From: an uncultured Acidobacteriota bacterium
GTDB lineage: Bacteria; Acidobacteriota; Thermoanaerobaculia; Multivoradales; JAHEKO01
NCBI GenBank assembly: GCA_963713825.1
Contig: CAVQNG010000005.1
Location: 227,503 to 291,502, forward strand
Length of the DNA: 64,000 nt
Direction of reading: 5' to 3'
Position numbers and translations under genes: made by a program. The notes below the pieces were generated by a model. The model saw only the letters and a program-made list of their open reading frames with translations. It made no database searches and was not told the origin of the DNA. This document shows positions 1-9,442 of this stretch, one piece after another (positions within the stretch are counted from its first letter, which is position 1; each line of letters opens with the position of its first letter).

Positions 1-257
1 ACTGTTCGTGCCCTGTTTGCCAACGCGTCAGCCGCGCCCTGCTGCATCATCTGATTCGTAGCGGTGAGCTCACCGGAGCAGTGCTGGCCACCCAGCACAA
101 TGTCCGCTTCTATCTTGACTTTGTGGCTCATCTCAGAGAAGCTATCGCGTCCGGAACGCTGACCGGTTTTGCGGCGTCGGTCGCTGCTCGCTATCCGGAA
201 AATGGTTCGTTCTCGGAATCGCCGGCAACTCCCGATTCAACCGCTTCCATACCCTGA
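1..257 (+). CDS. tgt: queuine tRNA-ribosyltransferase Tgt, 3' end; the 5' end lies outside the window
   Basis: Frame 3 translates to CSCPVCQRVSRALLHHLIRSGELTGAVLATQHNVRFYLDFVAHLREAI..., which matches the Tgt C-terminal zinc site (CxCxxC...H) and C-terminal helix. The stop is at 255-257. It sits in the conserved tgt-yajC-secDF position. Confidence 0.7.
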   Translation, partial: CSCPVCQRVSRALLHHLIRSGELTGAVLATQHNVRFYLDFVAHLREAIASGTLTGFAASVAARYPENGSFSESPATPDSTASIP

Positions 258-340
258 TCTCGAGAAGGATTTCGGAGAGTTCTACCTTGACGCCGCCGAG
301 GAATCGGGCGTAATCGCCGCAGGCTAGAGGAAAAGCACCT

Positions 341-667
341 ATGAGTCAGCACATCGCAATTCTCGCCGCCGCAGAAGGGGCATCGGCACCTGCATTCATG
401 CAGTTCGTGCCGATCCTGCTGGTCTTCGCTATCTTCTACTTCTTGTTGATCGCGCCGATGCGCAAGCGGCAGAAGGCGCTTCAGGGACTGATCGAAGGCC
501 TGAAGAAAGGCGATCGGGTGGTCACGAACGGCGGACTGTACGGTACGGTCGCGGCCGTCGAGGAACAAGTGGTCATCCTCAAGCTGGCCGAGAACCTGAA
601 AGTCAGAGTCGCGAAGTCGGCGATCGCGGGCCTCGAGGGACAAGAGGAGCAAGGAGAGCGTAAATGA
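341..667 (+). CDS. yajC: preprotein translocase subunit YajC
   Basis: 108 aa with a single TM helix followed by a YajC-like hydrophilic domain (GDRVVTNGGLYGTV...). A GAGGA RBS lies about 10 nt upstream. The stop overlaps the secD start (ATGA). Confidence 0.85.
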   Translation: MSQHIAILAAAEGASAPAFMQFVPILLVFAIFYFLLIAPMRKRQKALQGLIEGLKKGDRVVTNGGLYGTVAAVEEQVVILKLAENLKVRVAKSAIAGLEGQEEQGERK

Positions 668-2238
668 GCAGCAAACTTCTCTGGCGGGGACTTCTGATCG
701 CGGCTGTCGTCGGGCTGGCGATATTTTCGGCTTATCCCCTTCAGGAAAAACTCAAGCTCGGGCTGGATCTGCGAGGCGGCATTCACCTGGTTCTGCAGGT
801 GGAAGTCGATGATGCCGTCAGGTCGGAGACAACCAAAGACATCGATCGCCTGCTTCAAGAAGTTGCCGATGCTGGACTCGAAGGCGTCACAGCGAACCAA
901 ACGTCGAGCTCCAGCTTTGAGATGCAGGGTGTACCCCAGGGGCGAGATCGAGAGGTCGGTGGCATCGTCAGCGAGTATATGCCTGGCTGGAATTGGCAGC
1001 GGCGGGGAGATCTGTTGGCTTTCAAGATGGAAATCGCCAATCTCAACGAGATCGAGAACCTGGCTGTCAAGCAGGCGCTGGAGACAATCCGCAACCGTGT
1101 AGACGAATTTGGTGTTGCCGATCCACTCATTCAGCGCCAGGGCATGGAGGGTGATCGTATCGTGGTGCAGCTGCCCGGGGTCGACGACCCCGAGCGCGTC
1201 AAGAAGCTGATCAAGAACACTGCCTTTCTGGAGTTTCGGCTCGTTACCCATCCTCCCGGTGGTGGGGGCGTTGCGAGCCGTGAGGAGATCACGGCCCACT
1301 ACGGCGGTCAGATCCCCTCGAGCATCGAGATTCTCACCGGATCCATTCGTGATGACCAGGGCCGGGCAATTGGGCAGCAGTTCTATGCGGTGGAGAAGCG
1401 GACAGTCATCACCGGTCGTGACCTGAAGACTGCGCGGCCCGGTGTCGGTGAGTTCAATCAGCCGGTCGTCAACTTCTATCTCACCCATGAGGGTGGGAAG
1501 CTGTTCGCCGAGGCCACCGGTGCCAATGTCGGCAAGGGGCTGGCAATCGTGCTGGACGGCAATGTGGTCTCCGCTCCGAACATCCGGTCGCGAATCGGCG
1601 ACTCTGGTCTCATCGAGGGTTCCTTCACCAGGCAGGAAGTCGAAGATCTGTCGACCGTCTTGAGATCGGGTGCCCTGCCTGCCGGCATCACCTATCTGGA
1701 GGAGCGAACAGTGGGTCCGACCCTGGGTCAGGACTCCATTCGGCAAGGCCTCAGGGCGGGTGTCATCGGACTGTCCCTGGTAGTTCTTGCCATGCTCCTG
1801 GTCTACAAGGGCACGGGGTTGAATGCCATTATCGCCCTGATTCTCAACATCATTCTCATTTTCGGAGCGCTGGCCTATTTCGGCGCCACCCTGACCTTGC
1901 CCGGCATCGCAGGCATCGTGCTGACGATTGGCATGGCCGTCGATGCCAACGTGCTGATCTTCGAGCGAATCCGTGAAGAGCTGCACCATGGCAGGACGGT
2001 GAAGTCGGCCATCGACGCCGGCTTTGGCAAGGCCCTGTCGTCGGTGATGGATGCCAATATCACGACCTTGATTGCGGCGCTGTTTCTGTTCCAGTTCGGA
2101 ACCGGACCGATCCGGGGATTCGCGGTGACCCTGTCGATCGGCATCCTGGCGTCGCTGTTCACCGCTATCTTCGTGAGTCGATGGATCTTCGACGTGGTTC
2201 TTTCGAGGCGACGTCGAGTCGATCGGTTGTCGATCTAG
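664..2238 (+). CDS. secD: protein translocase subunit SecD
   Basis: 524 aa with an N-terminal TM, a large periplasmic domain and a C-terminal 6-TM SecD/SecF-type block (LTLPGIAGIVLTIGMAVDANVLIFERIREE). Confidence 0.95.
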   Translation: MSSKLLWRGLLIAAVVGLAIFSAYPLQEKLKLGLDLRGGIHLVLQVEVDDAVRSETTKDIDRLLQEVADAGLEGVTANQTSSSSFEMQGVPQGRDREVGGIVSEYMPGWNWQRRGDLLAFKMEIANLNEIENLAVKQALETIRNRVDEFGVADPLIQRQGMEGDRIVVQLPGVDDPERVKKLIKNTAFLEFRLVTHPPGGGGVASREEITAHYGGQIPSSIEILTGSIRDDQGRAIGQQFYAVEKRTVITGRDLKTARPGVGEFNQPVVNFYLTHEGGKLFAEATGANVGKGLAIVLDGNVVSAPNIRSRIGDSGLIEGSFTRQEVEDLSTVLRSGALPAGITYLEERTVGPTLGQDSIRQGLRAGVIGLSLVVLAMLLVYKGTGLNAIIALILNIILIFGALAYFGATLTLPGIAGIVLTIGMAVDANVLIFERIREELHHGRTVKSAIDAGFGKALSSVMDANITTLIAALFLFQFGTGPIRGFAVTLSIGILASLFTAIFVSRWIFDVVLSRRRRVDRLSI

Positions 2239-2293
2239 TCATACGGGCTTGATCTCGATCGGTTGACGAACTACGGTCGCGGGAGTTGAGAGT

Positions 2294-3469
2294 ATGGAGT
2301 TCTTCCAAAACACGAACATCGACTTCATGAAGTATCGCAAGCACTTCGTGCTGATTTCGATCGCACTGCTGGCGATCTCTGTCCTCGAGGTCTTCATCCA
2401 AAAGAGTCTGAACGTGGGCATCGACTTCGCGGGCGGTACCCAGTTGACGATCAAGTTCAGCGACAAGCCCGAGGTCGATGAGTTGCGGGATGTCGTTTCC
2501 GCCGCCGGGGTGAGAGATGCGCAGATCCAGAGATTCGGAGCCGAAGAAGCCGACGAGGTGATCATCAAGACCGCCACTGTCGCTGGTAATGAGGAAGGCA
2601 CCCAGGCTGAAGTCGTCCAGGCTCTGGATGAACGTTTCAACGGCGAGTCAGCCGGCGGATTCGACCTCAACCGGCGCGGCAGGGACGCTCTGGCCAGCCT
2701 GCTTCTGGAAAGCGACCCGGATCGGGTCGTGGCGCAAGACCCGGAAGTGGCCCGGCAGCGCTATGAGGAGCTGGCCGAGGCGATTCTCGAGCAGCGTCGC
2801 GTTAACGGTTTGCTGGAGTCCTGGGACGAGGTGGCAGGAGTCAGCAACGAGGTTCGGACCGCGCTCGAAAGGCAGACCTATCTGGGCGAATTTGCCGTTC
2901 TTGGGTCCGAGAACGTTGGCCCCCAGATCGGAGCGGAATTGCGGCGCAAGGGCATTCTGGCCGTGGTCTCTTCCCTGCTCGGGATGCTGATCTACATCTG
3001 GTTCCGATTCGAGCTACGTTTCGGGGTCGGAGCGCTGGTAGCGGTGACCCATGACGTGCTGATCGTTCTCGGTCTGTTCTCCATGGCCGGCTTCGAGTTC
3101 AATCTGACGACGATCGCCGGCTTCTTGACGCTGATCGGATATTCGGTCAACGACACTGTCGTCGTCTTCGACCGGGTGCGGGAGAATCTCCGCCGCAGCC
3201 GACGGGAGCCCCTGGTGGAGACCATGAACAAGAGTCTGAATCAGACCCTCTCCCGAACTGTGCTGACCTCAGGCACGACTCTTCTCGCGGTTGGCAGCCT
3301 CCTGCTGTTCGGTGGAGATGTCTTGAGAGGCTTCGCGTTCATCATTACGGTTGGCGTGATCGTCGGGACCTATTCCTCTATATATGTAGCCAGCCCATTC
3401 GCTCTACTCTGGGAAAAATGGTTCGGCAGCGAACGCGGGCGGCAATCTCCAAGACAGAGTCCGGCCTGA
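2294..3469 (+). CDS. secF: protein translocase subunit SecF
   Basis: 391 aa with the SecF periplasmic domain and a C-terminal SecD/F membrane domain (GYSVNDTVVVFDRVRENL). Confidence 0.95.
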   Translation: MEFFQNTNIDFMKYRKHFVLISIALLAISVLEVFIQKSLNVGIDFAGGTQLTIKFSDKPEVDELRDVVSAAGVRDAQIQRFGAEEADEVIIKTATVAGNEEGTQAEVVQALDERFNGESAGGFDLNRRGRDALASLLLESDPDRVVAQDPEVARQRYEELAEAILEQRRVNGLLESWDEVAGVSNEVRTALERQTYLGEFAVLGSENVGPQIGAELRRKGILAVVSSLLGMLIYIWFRFELRFGVGALVAVTHDVLIVLGLFSMAGFEFNLTTIAGFLTLIGYSVNDTVVVFDRVRENLRRSRREPLVETMNKSLNQTLSRTVLTSGTTLLAVGSLLLFGGDVLRGFAFIITVGVIVGTYSSIYVASPFALLWEKWFGSERGRQSPRQSPA

Positions 3470-3669
3470 GTCCAAGCGCACCGCGCCCACGGTGCGGAGA
3501 AACCAGATCGATCGACACCTCTTCTATCGGGTTCGTTCAGCGGGCTGGGCAGCAGCTGCAGTGTGCCGCAGGATAGCGGTGCCGACCGTCCTCTATAATT
3601 CGCCAGGAAAGCGCGGCTGCCCAGATTTTTGTGTCGACGTCGGCATTCTCGCAGTCGCCGAGACGGCGC

Positions 3670-5916
3670 ATGGCGAACCTCAGACGATCCTTCGGCTCCA
3701 ACCACCTCCGACCACCGGTCGAGGTGCGCGAGGACGTGCAGTTCGAGGACGTTCTGGCAGGGCTGAGGCGTCACGACAGGCCATTCGACGAAGCGTTTCT
3801 CCAGTCTCTCTACGAGTTCTCCCGTGACACCCACGGGGACCAGGTGCGGCGCTCCGGCAAGCCGTACTTCACCCATCCCCTCCATGTGGCATACATCCTG
3901 GCCGACCTGGGCTTCGACGAGACCTGCGTTGCTGTCGGCCTGCTGCACGACGTGTTGGAGGACACCCTGGCCGAGAGGCAGGAGCTGGCCGATCGTTTCG
4001 GTGAGGAGATCGCTCAACTGGTCGATGGGGTCACCAAGATCGGTCGCCATTCGTACGTGCGGCGCGACCAGGCACAGGCCGAGACCTTTCGCAAGTTGAT
4101 CCTGGCCTCGGCCAAGGACATTCGCGTCATCCTCGTCAAGCTGGCGGACCGTCTGCACAACATGCAGACTCTCGAGCACATGCCAGTCGAGTCGCGGCGG
4201 CGCATCGCTCGAGAGACGCTGGAGATCTACGCGCCGACCGCCCATCGCCTCGGCATGTCGAAAGTGCAGGGCGACTTACAGGACCTGGCGTTCTTTCATC
4301 TTCATCCCAATGACTTCAGCGAGCTCCGAACACAGATTCAGCAGAAGGTCAAACTTGGACGGCAGGCCACCGAGAAGATTCGTGCCCAGTTGGTCGACTT
4401 GTTGAGCGAGGCAGGGCTCGAAGCCGAGATCAGTTTTCGGGTCAAGCGCTTCTATTCCATTTACCAGAAGATGCGTCGGCAGGGGATTGACGCCTCGCAG
4501 CTCTACGATTACCTGGCCTTTCGAATCGTCACTCCGTCGGTCCGTGACTGTTACGCCTGTCTGGGCGTGGTGCATCAGGCCTGGCGACCGGTACCCGGTC
4601 GATTCAAGGACTACATCGCCATGCCGAAGCCGAACCTCTATCAGTCTCTGCACACCACTCTCGTCAGTCCCAATGGCGAGCCGTTCGAGGTCCAGATTCG
4701 CACCCAGGAGATGGACCTGATCGCCGAGGACGGTATCGCTGCACACTGGCGCTACAAAGAGGGCGATCCGGAGCCGGCCGAAACCGATCAGAGCTTCTCC
4801 TGGCTACGCCAGCTCCTGGAGTGGCAGAAGGACGTGCAAGACCCGCGCACATTTCTCAATTCTCTGAAGATCGATCTCTATCCCGACGAGGTGTATGTCT
4901 TTACCCCGAAGGGTGACGTGTACTCGTTTCCCCGCGGCGCCACGCCCTTGGACTTCGCTTACAAGATCCACACCGATCTGGGGCACCACTGTGTGGGGGC
5001 GAAGATCAACGGCAAGCTCGAGCCCCTGCGCAGCGAGCTCAAGAACGGCGACATCGTCGAGATCGTGACCAACCCCTCCCGCTTCCCGAGTCGCGACTGG
5101 CTGAGTTTCGTCGCCACGTCCAGAGCCAAGACCAAGATCCGTCAGTGGCTCAACACGGAGCAGAAAGAGCGCGCGACAGAGATCGGCAAGCGTCTGGTGG
5201 AGAAGGAGCTCAAGAAGCACAAGGTCGGCATGAAGCGCTTCCTCGACAGCGACGGCCTGGGCGAGTACCTGACCGCCGAGGGTATCGCCCGCCCAGGGGA
5301 TCTCTTTGCCTCAGTCGGGTACGGCAAGACCTCGGTGCGACACCTACTGAATCGAGTCCTGACGAGCGACGAGCTGGAGACGGTGGAACAAGAGCCAGGC
5401 CCCTTGCGTCGCGCCGTCACCAAGATCCTGCCCTTCGGCAGTGACGCCATCGCGGTCAAAGGCCAGAGCGATCTGCTGGCCTACCTGGCCAAGTGCTGCA
5501 GCCCAGTTCCCGGCGAGCCGATCGTCGGCTACATCACGCGGGGCAGAGGTGTGTCGGTGCACTCGGTAGAGTGCACGAACGTCCAGAACCTGCTGTACAA
5601 CCAGGAGCGAGAGATCGAGGTCGAGTGGGCTCGCCAGAGCGATGAGCTGTACCCGGTGGTGCTGGTCATCGAGACGGAAGACAACCCCGGCATGCTGGCC
5701 CGGCTCACTGAGGTGATGGCGAAGCACAACAGCAACATCCGGCAGATCGAGGCGGAAACCATCGAGTCGGGTCGTGGCCTGATCGAAGTCGTTGTCGAGG
5801 TGCAAAACCGCAAGCACCTAGAGCGACTCCGCCAGAGCATCCGCGCTCTGCCCGGAGTCTTCGAAGTCGGACGACGACGTGGCCCAGGCTTGAAGACAGA
5901 CCACAACACAGACTGA
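3670..5916 (+). CDS. rel: bifunctional (p)ppGpp synthetase/hydrolase (RelA/SpoT homolog, Rel type)
   Basis: Contains the HD hydrolase motif (HPLHVAYILADLG...LLHDVLEDT), the RelA_SpoT synthetase domain (YRSLHTTLVSPNGEPFEVQIRT), a TGS domain and a C-terminal ACT domain. The ORF opens at 3631 (GTG); ATG 3670 (MANLRR) is the more likely start. Confidence 0.95.
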   Translation: MANLRRSFGSNHLRPPVEVREDVQFEDVLAGLRRHDRPFDEAFLQSLYEFSRDTHGDQVRRSGKPYFTHPLHVAYILADLGFDETCVAVGLLHDVLEDTLAERQELADRFGEEIAQLVDGVTKIGRHSYVRRDQAQAETFRKLILASAKDIRVILVKLADRLHNMQTLEHMPVESRRRIARETLEIYAPTAHRLGMSKVQGDLQDLAFFHLHPNDFSELRTQIQQKVKLGRQATEKIRAQLVDLLSEAGLEAEISFRVKRFYSIYQKMRRQGIDASQLYDYLAFRIVTPSVRDCYACLGVVHQAWRPVPGRFKDYIAMPKPNLYQSLHTTLVSPNGEPFEVQIRTQEMDLIAEDGIAAHWRYKEGDPEPAETDQSFSWLRQLLEWQKDVQDPRTFLNSLKIDLYPDEVYVFTPKGDVYSFPRGATPLDFAYKIHTDLGHHCVGAKINGKLEPLRSELKNGDIVEIVTNPSRFPSRDWLSFVATSRAKTKIRQWLNTEQKERATEIGKRLVEKELKKHKVGMKRFLDSDGLGEYLTAEGIARPGDLFASVGYGKTSVRHLLNRVLTSDELETVEQEPGPLRRAVTKILPFGSDAIAVKGQSDLLAYLAKCCSPVPGEPIVGYITRGRGVSVHSVECTNVQNLLYNQEREIEVEWARQSDELYPVVLVIETEDNPGMLARLTEVMAKHNSNIRQIEAETIESGRGLIEVVVEVQNRKHLERLRQSIRALPGVFEVGRRRGPGLKTDHNTD

Positions 5917-6023
5917 GCTGGCATGGCCTGCTCAACCGGGACTGGACGGGCTCACCCACCGTGGGGCGAGTCTGGTTTTCAGGAGTGGAGTCGGATCGCT
6001 TCGAATCGAAAGAGCCTGCCACC

Positions 6024-6254
6024 TCAAGAATCGACTTCGACCTCTTCGGGCTGCCAGTTACGAGTCTCCGGCTTTTGCACCTTGCCGCTTCTCAGGCAGC
6101 GGGTGCAAACCCAGACGCGCTGAGTCGCACCGTCGATCACCGCGCGCACCTTTTGCAGGTTCGGTTCCCAGGTCCGGTTCGAGACGTTGTGGGCATGACT
6201 GATACTGCGTCCTGCCACGGTTCCTTTGCCACAGATTGCACATTGCTTGGACAT
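6024..6254 (-). CDS. rpmB: 50S ribosomal protein L28
   Basis: 76 aa beginning MSKQCAICGKGTVAGRSISHAHNVSNRTWEPNLQKVR..., which matches the bL28 signature. An AAGGAG RBS lies 8 nt upstream of the ATG on the minus strand. Confidence 0.9.
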   Translation of the reverse strand: MSKQCAICGKGTVAGRSISHAHNVSNRTWEPNLQKVRAVIDGATQRVWVCTRCLRSGKVQKPETRNWQPEEVEVDS

Positions 6255-6319
6255 GTTGTGGATCTCCTTGACTTCTCAGAAGAAGGCGCCTACGGTAGCA
6301 GAAACGTGGGAGAGATCCA

Positions 6320-6382
6320 ATAGATGCGACTCGAAAATGAACGGTTCGAAATCTGGTGTGTTGGGGTTCGAGATGCATCTAT
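6320..6382. promoter_or_regulatory. long imperfect inverted repeat (hairpin) in the rpmB/pilM divergent intergenic region
   Basis: 5' arm ATAGATGCGACTCGAA (6320-6335) and 3' arm TTCGAGATGCATCTAT (6367-6382) pair over 16 positions with one G-U wobble and one mismatch. The loop is 31 nt. Confidence 0.4.
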
Positions 6383-6486
6383 GCAAACTCGTCGAAGCTG
6401 CGGAGGGAGACAAGACGGTCACCGGGAGGTCGGGCTGCTCGATGGAAAGCGTCCGATTCTGACCGAGAGTTTGTGACCGGTGCCCT

Positions 6487-6521
6487 TGACAGGAAAAAAG
6501 GCTTCTTGTTAGTTTCCAGTA
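6487..6521 (+). promoter_or_regulatory. candidate sigma70-type promoter for the pilM operon
   Basis: TTGACA at 6487-6492, then a 17-18 nt spacer and TTAGTT/TAGTTT (TAnnnT). It lies in a locally AT-rich patch about 60 nt upstream of the pilM start and also contains the near-palindrome TGCAAACTTGCA. Confidence 0.3.
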
Positions 6522-6584
6522 AAGCTTGAAGAATTGATGTGCAAACTTGCATAAACACAGTGTTTTCAGGAGTTTCCTGGCGTC

Positions 6585-7643
6585 GTGTTTTGGTCACGGT
6601 CTAAAAGCGTAGTAGGGCTAGACATCGGTAGTTCCGGTGTCAAGCTCGTCGAGCTCAAAGAGCGCAAGCCCGGCGACTACCATCTCCTTCGGGTTGGAGT
6701 GGAGCCTCTGTCACCGGAAGCCATTGTCGATGGGTCCATCATGGATTCGTCGCTGGTCGTGGATGCCATTCAAAAGCTAACTCAGGAGACCGGCGCCAAG
6801 GGGTCGAGTTGCGCCACTTCCGTCTCCGGGCACTCGGTGATCATCAAGAAGATCCAGGTGCCGGCGATGCCGACCGCCGAACTGGAGGAGTCCATCCAGT
6901 GGGAGGCAGAGCAGTACATCCCATTCGACATCAATGATGTCCGACTCGACTATGTCGTGTTGTCCGAAGGGATGTCCGGGGATGACTCGATGGAGGTGCT
7001 GCTGGTTGCCGTCAAGCGGGACAAGGTCAATGACTACGTGTCCGTCATCAGCCAGTGTGGCAAGAGCCCGGCGGTTGTCGATCTCGATGCCTTCGCGGTG
7101 CAGAACGCGTATGAGGTCAACCACGACCTGGACCCCAATAAAGTAGTCGCGCTTGTCAACATGGGTGCGGGTGTCACCAACATCAACATCCTGGCACACG
7201 GCTCGACGGTCTTCTGGCGGGATATTTCATTCGGTGGTAATCAGTTCACCGAAGCCCTGCAGCGTGAATACAACCTGTCCTTCGATCAGGCCGAGAGAGT
7301 CAAACGGGGCGAGCAGGTCGAGGAGTGCTCGGCAGCAGAAGCTCGTGCGGTTCTCGACTCTGTTTCCGCGGAGATGGCTTCTGAGATCCAGAAGACCTTC
7401 GACTTCTTCGCTGCCACGGCCGCCGAGGACAGTGTTGATGAGCTAATGCTCTCTGGCGGTTGTGCACAGACGCCGAATCTGCAGTCCGTACTGCAAGAGA
7501 GGTTCGGAGTTCGCACCGAGCTGATGAACCCGTTGCGCCGCATTCACTTCCGGGAGAGCGACTTTGACAGCCAGTGGCTACAGTCCATCGCGCCGATGCT
7601 GACCGTGGCCGTAGGACTGGCAGTCCGCAAGGTCGGGGAATAG
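6585..7643 (+). CDS. pilM: type IV pilus assembly protein PilM (actin-like ATPase fold)
   Basis: 352 aa beginning SVVGLDIGSSGVKLVEL, an FtsA/PilM-type actin-like fold. It is the first gene of the pilMNOPQ run. GTG start with an AGGAG RBS. Confidence 0.9.
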   Translation: MFWSRSKSVVGLDIGSSGVKLVELKERKPGDYHLLRVGVEPLSPEAIVDGSIMDSSLVVDAIQKLTQETGAKGSSCATSVSGHSVIIKKIQVPAMPTAELEESIQWEAEQYIPFDINDVRLDYVVLSEGMSGDDSMEVLLVAVKRDKVNDYVSVISQCGKSPAVVDLDAFAVQNAYEVNHDLDPNKVVALVNMGAGVTNINILAHGSTVFWRDISFGGNQFTEALQREYNLSFDQAERVKRGEQVEECSAAEARAVLDSVSAEMASEIQKTFDFFAATAAEDSVDELMLSGGCAQTPNLQSVLQERFGVRTELMNPLRRIHFRESDFDSQWLQSIAPMLTVAVGLAVRKVGE

Positions 7644-7649
7644 CGAACC

Positions 7650-8255
7650 ATGATCAAGATCAATCTGGTTGGCGAAAGAAAGCGTCCGGCTGCGCCTGGG
7701 CCCTCGCAGTTGAAGGGTATCCAGGAGGGCGCCAACGCTGGGTTGTGGGCTCTGGTGGGGCTGGTTCTGGCCGGCATCCTGATCACTCTTGGACACCTCT
7801 ATATCGTCAACGGCAAGGTGAAGGATATGCAGGCGCAGGTTGTCGAGGCCGAGAAAGAGGTCAAGGAGCTCGAGCCCTACATCAAGGAAGTCGAAGCGTA
7901 CAAGGCCAAGAAGTCCGAGCTCGAGCGCAAAGTCCAGGTCATCAATCAGTTGAAGACCAACCAGAGAGGGCCGGTCCAGATCATGGACCAGGTATCCCGT
8001 GCCCTGCCCGAGCTGCTGTGGCTCACCAAGATGGACGTCACGCCGACGACCATCACCATTTCTGGCGAGGCCTTCAACACCAATGCCGTAGCCAACTTCA
8101 TCGAGAACCTCGATCGCGTCACCGAGTTTCAGGAACCGATACTCAGAGATACGTCGCAGCGGGGTCAGATCTACACTTTCGTGGTGGCTTTCAATTACAC
8201 CTATCAAGTTCCGCCGGCGGAGCAGCCCGAAGGGGCCGACGCCACGGCAGGATAG
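7650..8255 (+). CDS. pilN: type IV pilus assembly protein PilN
   Basis: 201 aa beginning MIKINLV, with one TM helix and a coiled-coil periplasmic domain. Assigned from its position between pilM and pilO. Confidence 0.85.
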   Translation: MIKINLVGERKRPAAPGPSQLKGIQEGANAGLWALVGLVLAGILITLGHLYIVNGKVKDMQAQVVEAEKEVKELEPYIKEVEAYKAKKSELERKVQVINQLKTNQRGPVQIMDQVSRALPELLWLTKMDVTPTTITISGEAFNTNAVANFIENLDRVTEFQEPILRDTSQRGQIYTFVVAFNYTYQVPPAEQPEGADATAG

Positions 8256-8270
8256 GAGAGGCTGGCGAGA

Positions 8271-8876
8271 ATGGGAATCCGAACCGGTCTGGAAGACAAA
8301 CCCTGGTGGGTCTCGGCAATCGTGGGCCTCGTGCTGGCATGCTTGCTGTACTGGGGCGGGCACCACTATTTGCTGAAACCCAAGTACAAGGAGCTCGACG
8401 CCCAAGAGGCGAAGTTGGCCGAGCTTCAGATCAAGATTCAAGAAGGTCGGGCGGCCAAGGCAGAACTGCCGCGCTTCCGAGAAGAGGTCCAGCGCCTCGA
8501 GCTCGAGTTGGACAAACTGCTCCGAATTCTTCCGGCTCGTCGCAACACTCCCGAGTTGCTGCGTCGAATCCGGGACCTGACCGAGCAGGGTGACTTCGAG
8601 CTCAAGCGATTCACACCTGGGAACTTCATCGATCAGGAGTTCTACAGCGAGTGGCCGATCGCCATCAGCCTGGACGGCACCTATCACAACCTTGCTCTGC
8701 TCTTCGATCGCGTGGGTCGGTTCTCCCGCATCATCAATATCGAAGGGTTGAAGATTCAGAACGTTCGCTCGCGAGACTCGGGGGCCGACACCATCGAGGC
8801 CAGTTTCACGGCGAAGACATTCATCTACAAAGAGCCCACCCCTGTCGAAGAAGAGGGCGTGGTCGAGGGTCAGTAG
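8271..8876 (+). CDS. pilO: type IV pilus assembly protein PilO
   Basis: 201 aa with one TM helix, a coiled coil and a PilO-like C-terminal domain. Confidence 0.85.
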   Translation: MGIRTGLEDKPWWVSAIVGLVLACLLYWGGHHYLLKPKYKELDAQEAKLAELQIKIQEGRAAKAELPRFREEVQRLELELDKLLRILPARRNTPELLRRIRDLTEQGDFELKRFTPGNFIDQEFYSEWPIAISLDGTYHNLALLFDRVGRFSRIINIEGLKIQNVRSRDSGADTIEASFTAKTFIYKEPTPVEEEGVVEGQ

Positions 8877-8881
8877 ACGGA

Positions 8882-9442
8882 ATGAGAATCGGGAGAAGGA
8901 TGATGAAATCGACAGCAAAGCGAACCCTGGCATCGACAGCGCTGTTCATGGCGTTGGCCCTGGTCATCGGGTGGCAGTCGACTGCTGTCTTGGCCCAGGA
9001 GCCAGAGGCCGCGCCGGCCCAACCGACGCTGCCGGCCCTGGATGACGAACCCGATACCAACGTGGACGACCTCCTGAAAGACGAATCAGCGATGTTGGCT
9101 GGTGAGGGCTACTACTACGATCCGGGTGATCGTCGGGACCCCTTCAAGTCGTTGATGGAGGCCAGAGACCGCCCGTTGATTCGGGGACCCAGGCCGGAAG
9201 GTATTCCTGGCCTGTTGATTGATGAGATTGACATTACCGGCGTCTTTGTCACTGCGAATGGGCCGATCATTCAGGTCCAGTCCTCTGACCGAGAGCAGAG
9301 CTATCTCCTGAGGATCGGGGATCAACTCTACGACGGTGATGTGATCGGTATCAGTGGCAACGAAGCGATATTCAAGCAGATTGTGGACGACCCGACCGCT
9401 CTTAAGCCGTTTCGGGAGGTGGTCAAGAAGCTCAACCCATGA
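8882..9442 (+). CDS. pilP: type IV pilus assembly protein PilP (secreted)
   Basis: Signal peptide MKSTAKRTLASTALFMALALVIGWQSTAVLAQ. A low-complexity linker is followed by a PilP-like beta domain (GVFVTANGPIIQVQSSDREQSYLLRIGDQLYDGDVIGI). The start could also be ATG 8900, which has a better RBS. The stop overlaps the pilQ start (ATGA). Confidence 0.7.
   Translation: MRIGRRMMKSTAKRTLASTALFMALALVIGWQSTAVLAQEPEAAPAQPTLPALDDEPDTNVDDLLKDESAMLAGEGYYYDPGDRRDPFKSLMEARDRPLIRGPRPEGIPGLLIDEIDITGVFVTANGPIIQVQSSDREQSYLLRIGDQLYDGDVIGISGNEAIFKQIVDDPTALKPFREVVKKLNP

Noticed and set aside
481-1989. 502-aa ORF antisense to secD, together with the 191-652 minus-strand ORF
   Set aside because: It lies entirely antisense to the strongly conserved yajC and secD. 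Its composition is rich in R, G, D and P, which is typical of spurious ORFs in high-GC DNA.
6336-6366. tRNA-like T-loop motif GGTTCGAAATC / GGGTTCGAG in the hairpin loop
   Set aside because: I could fold no acceptor stem, D-arm or anticodon arm around it. The motif is read as part of the larger hairpin, not as a tRNA gene.
6487-6560. Possible sigma54 (-24/-12) promoter around TGTGCAAACTTGCA
   Set aside because: The spacing is one nt short and the -24 GG is replaced by GT. A weak sigma70-like TTGACA-17/18-TAGTTT upstream fits better.
7578-8933. 451-aa minus-strand ORF, and the 339-aa plus-strand alternate-frame ORF 7574-8593, overlapping pilN and pilO
   Set aside because: pilN and pilO have clear family features in their own frame. 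The overlapping ORFs are low-complexity (R/G/L/D-rich) GC artefacts.
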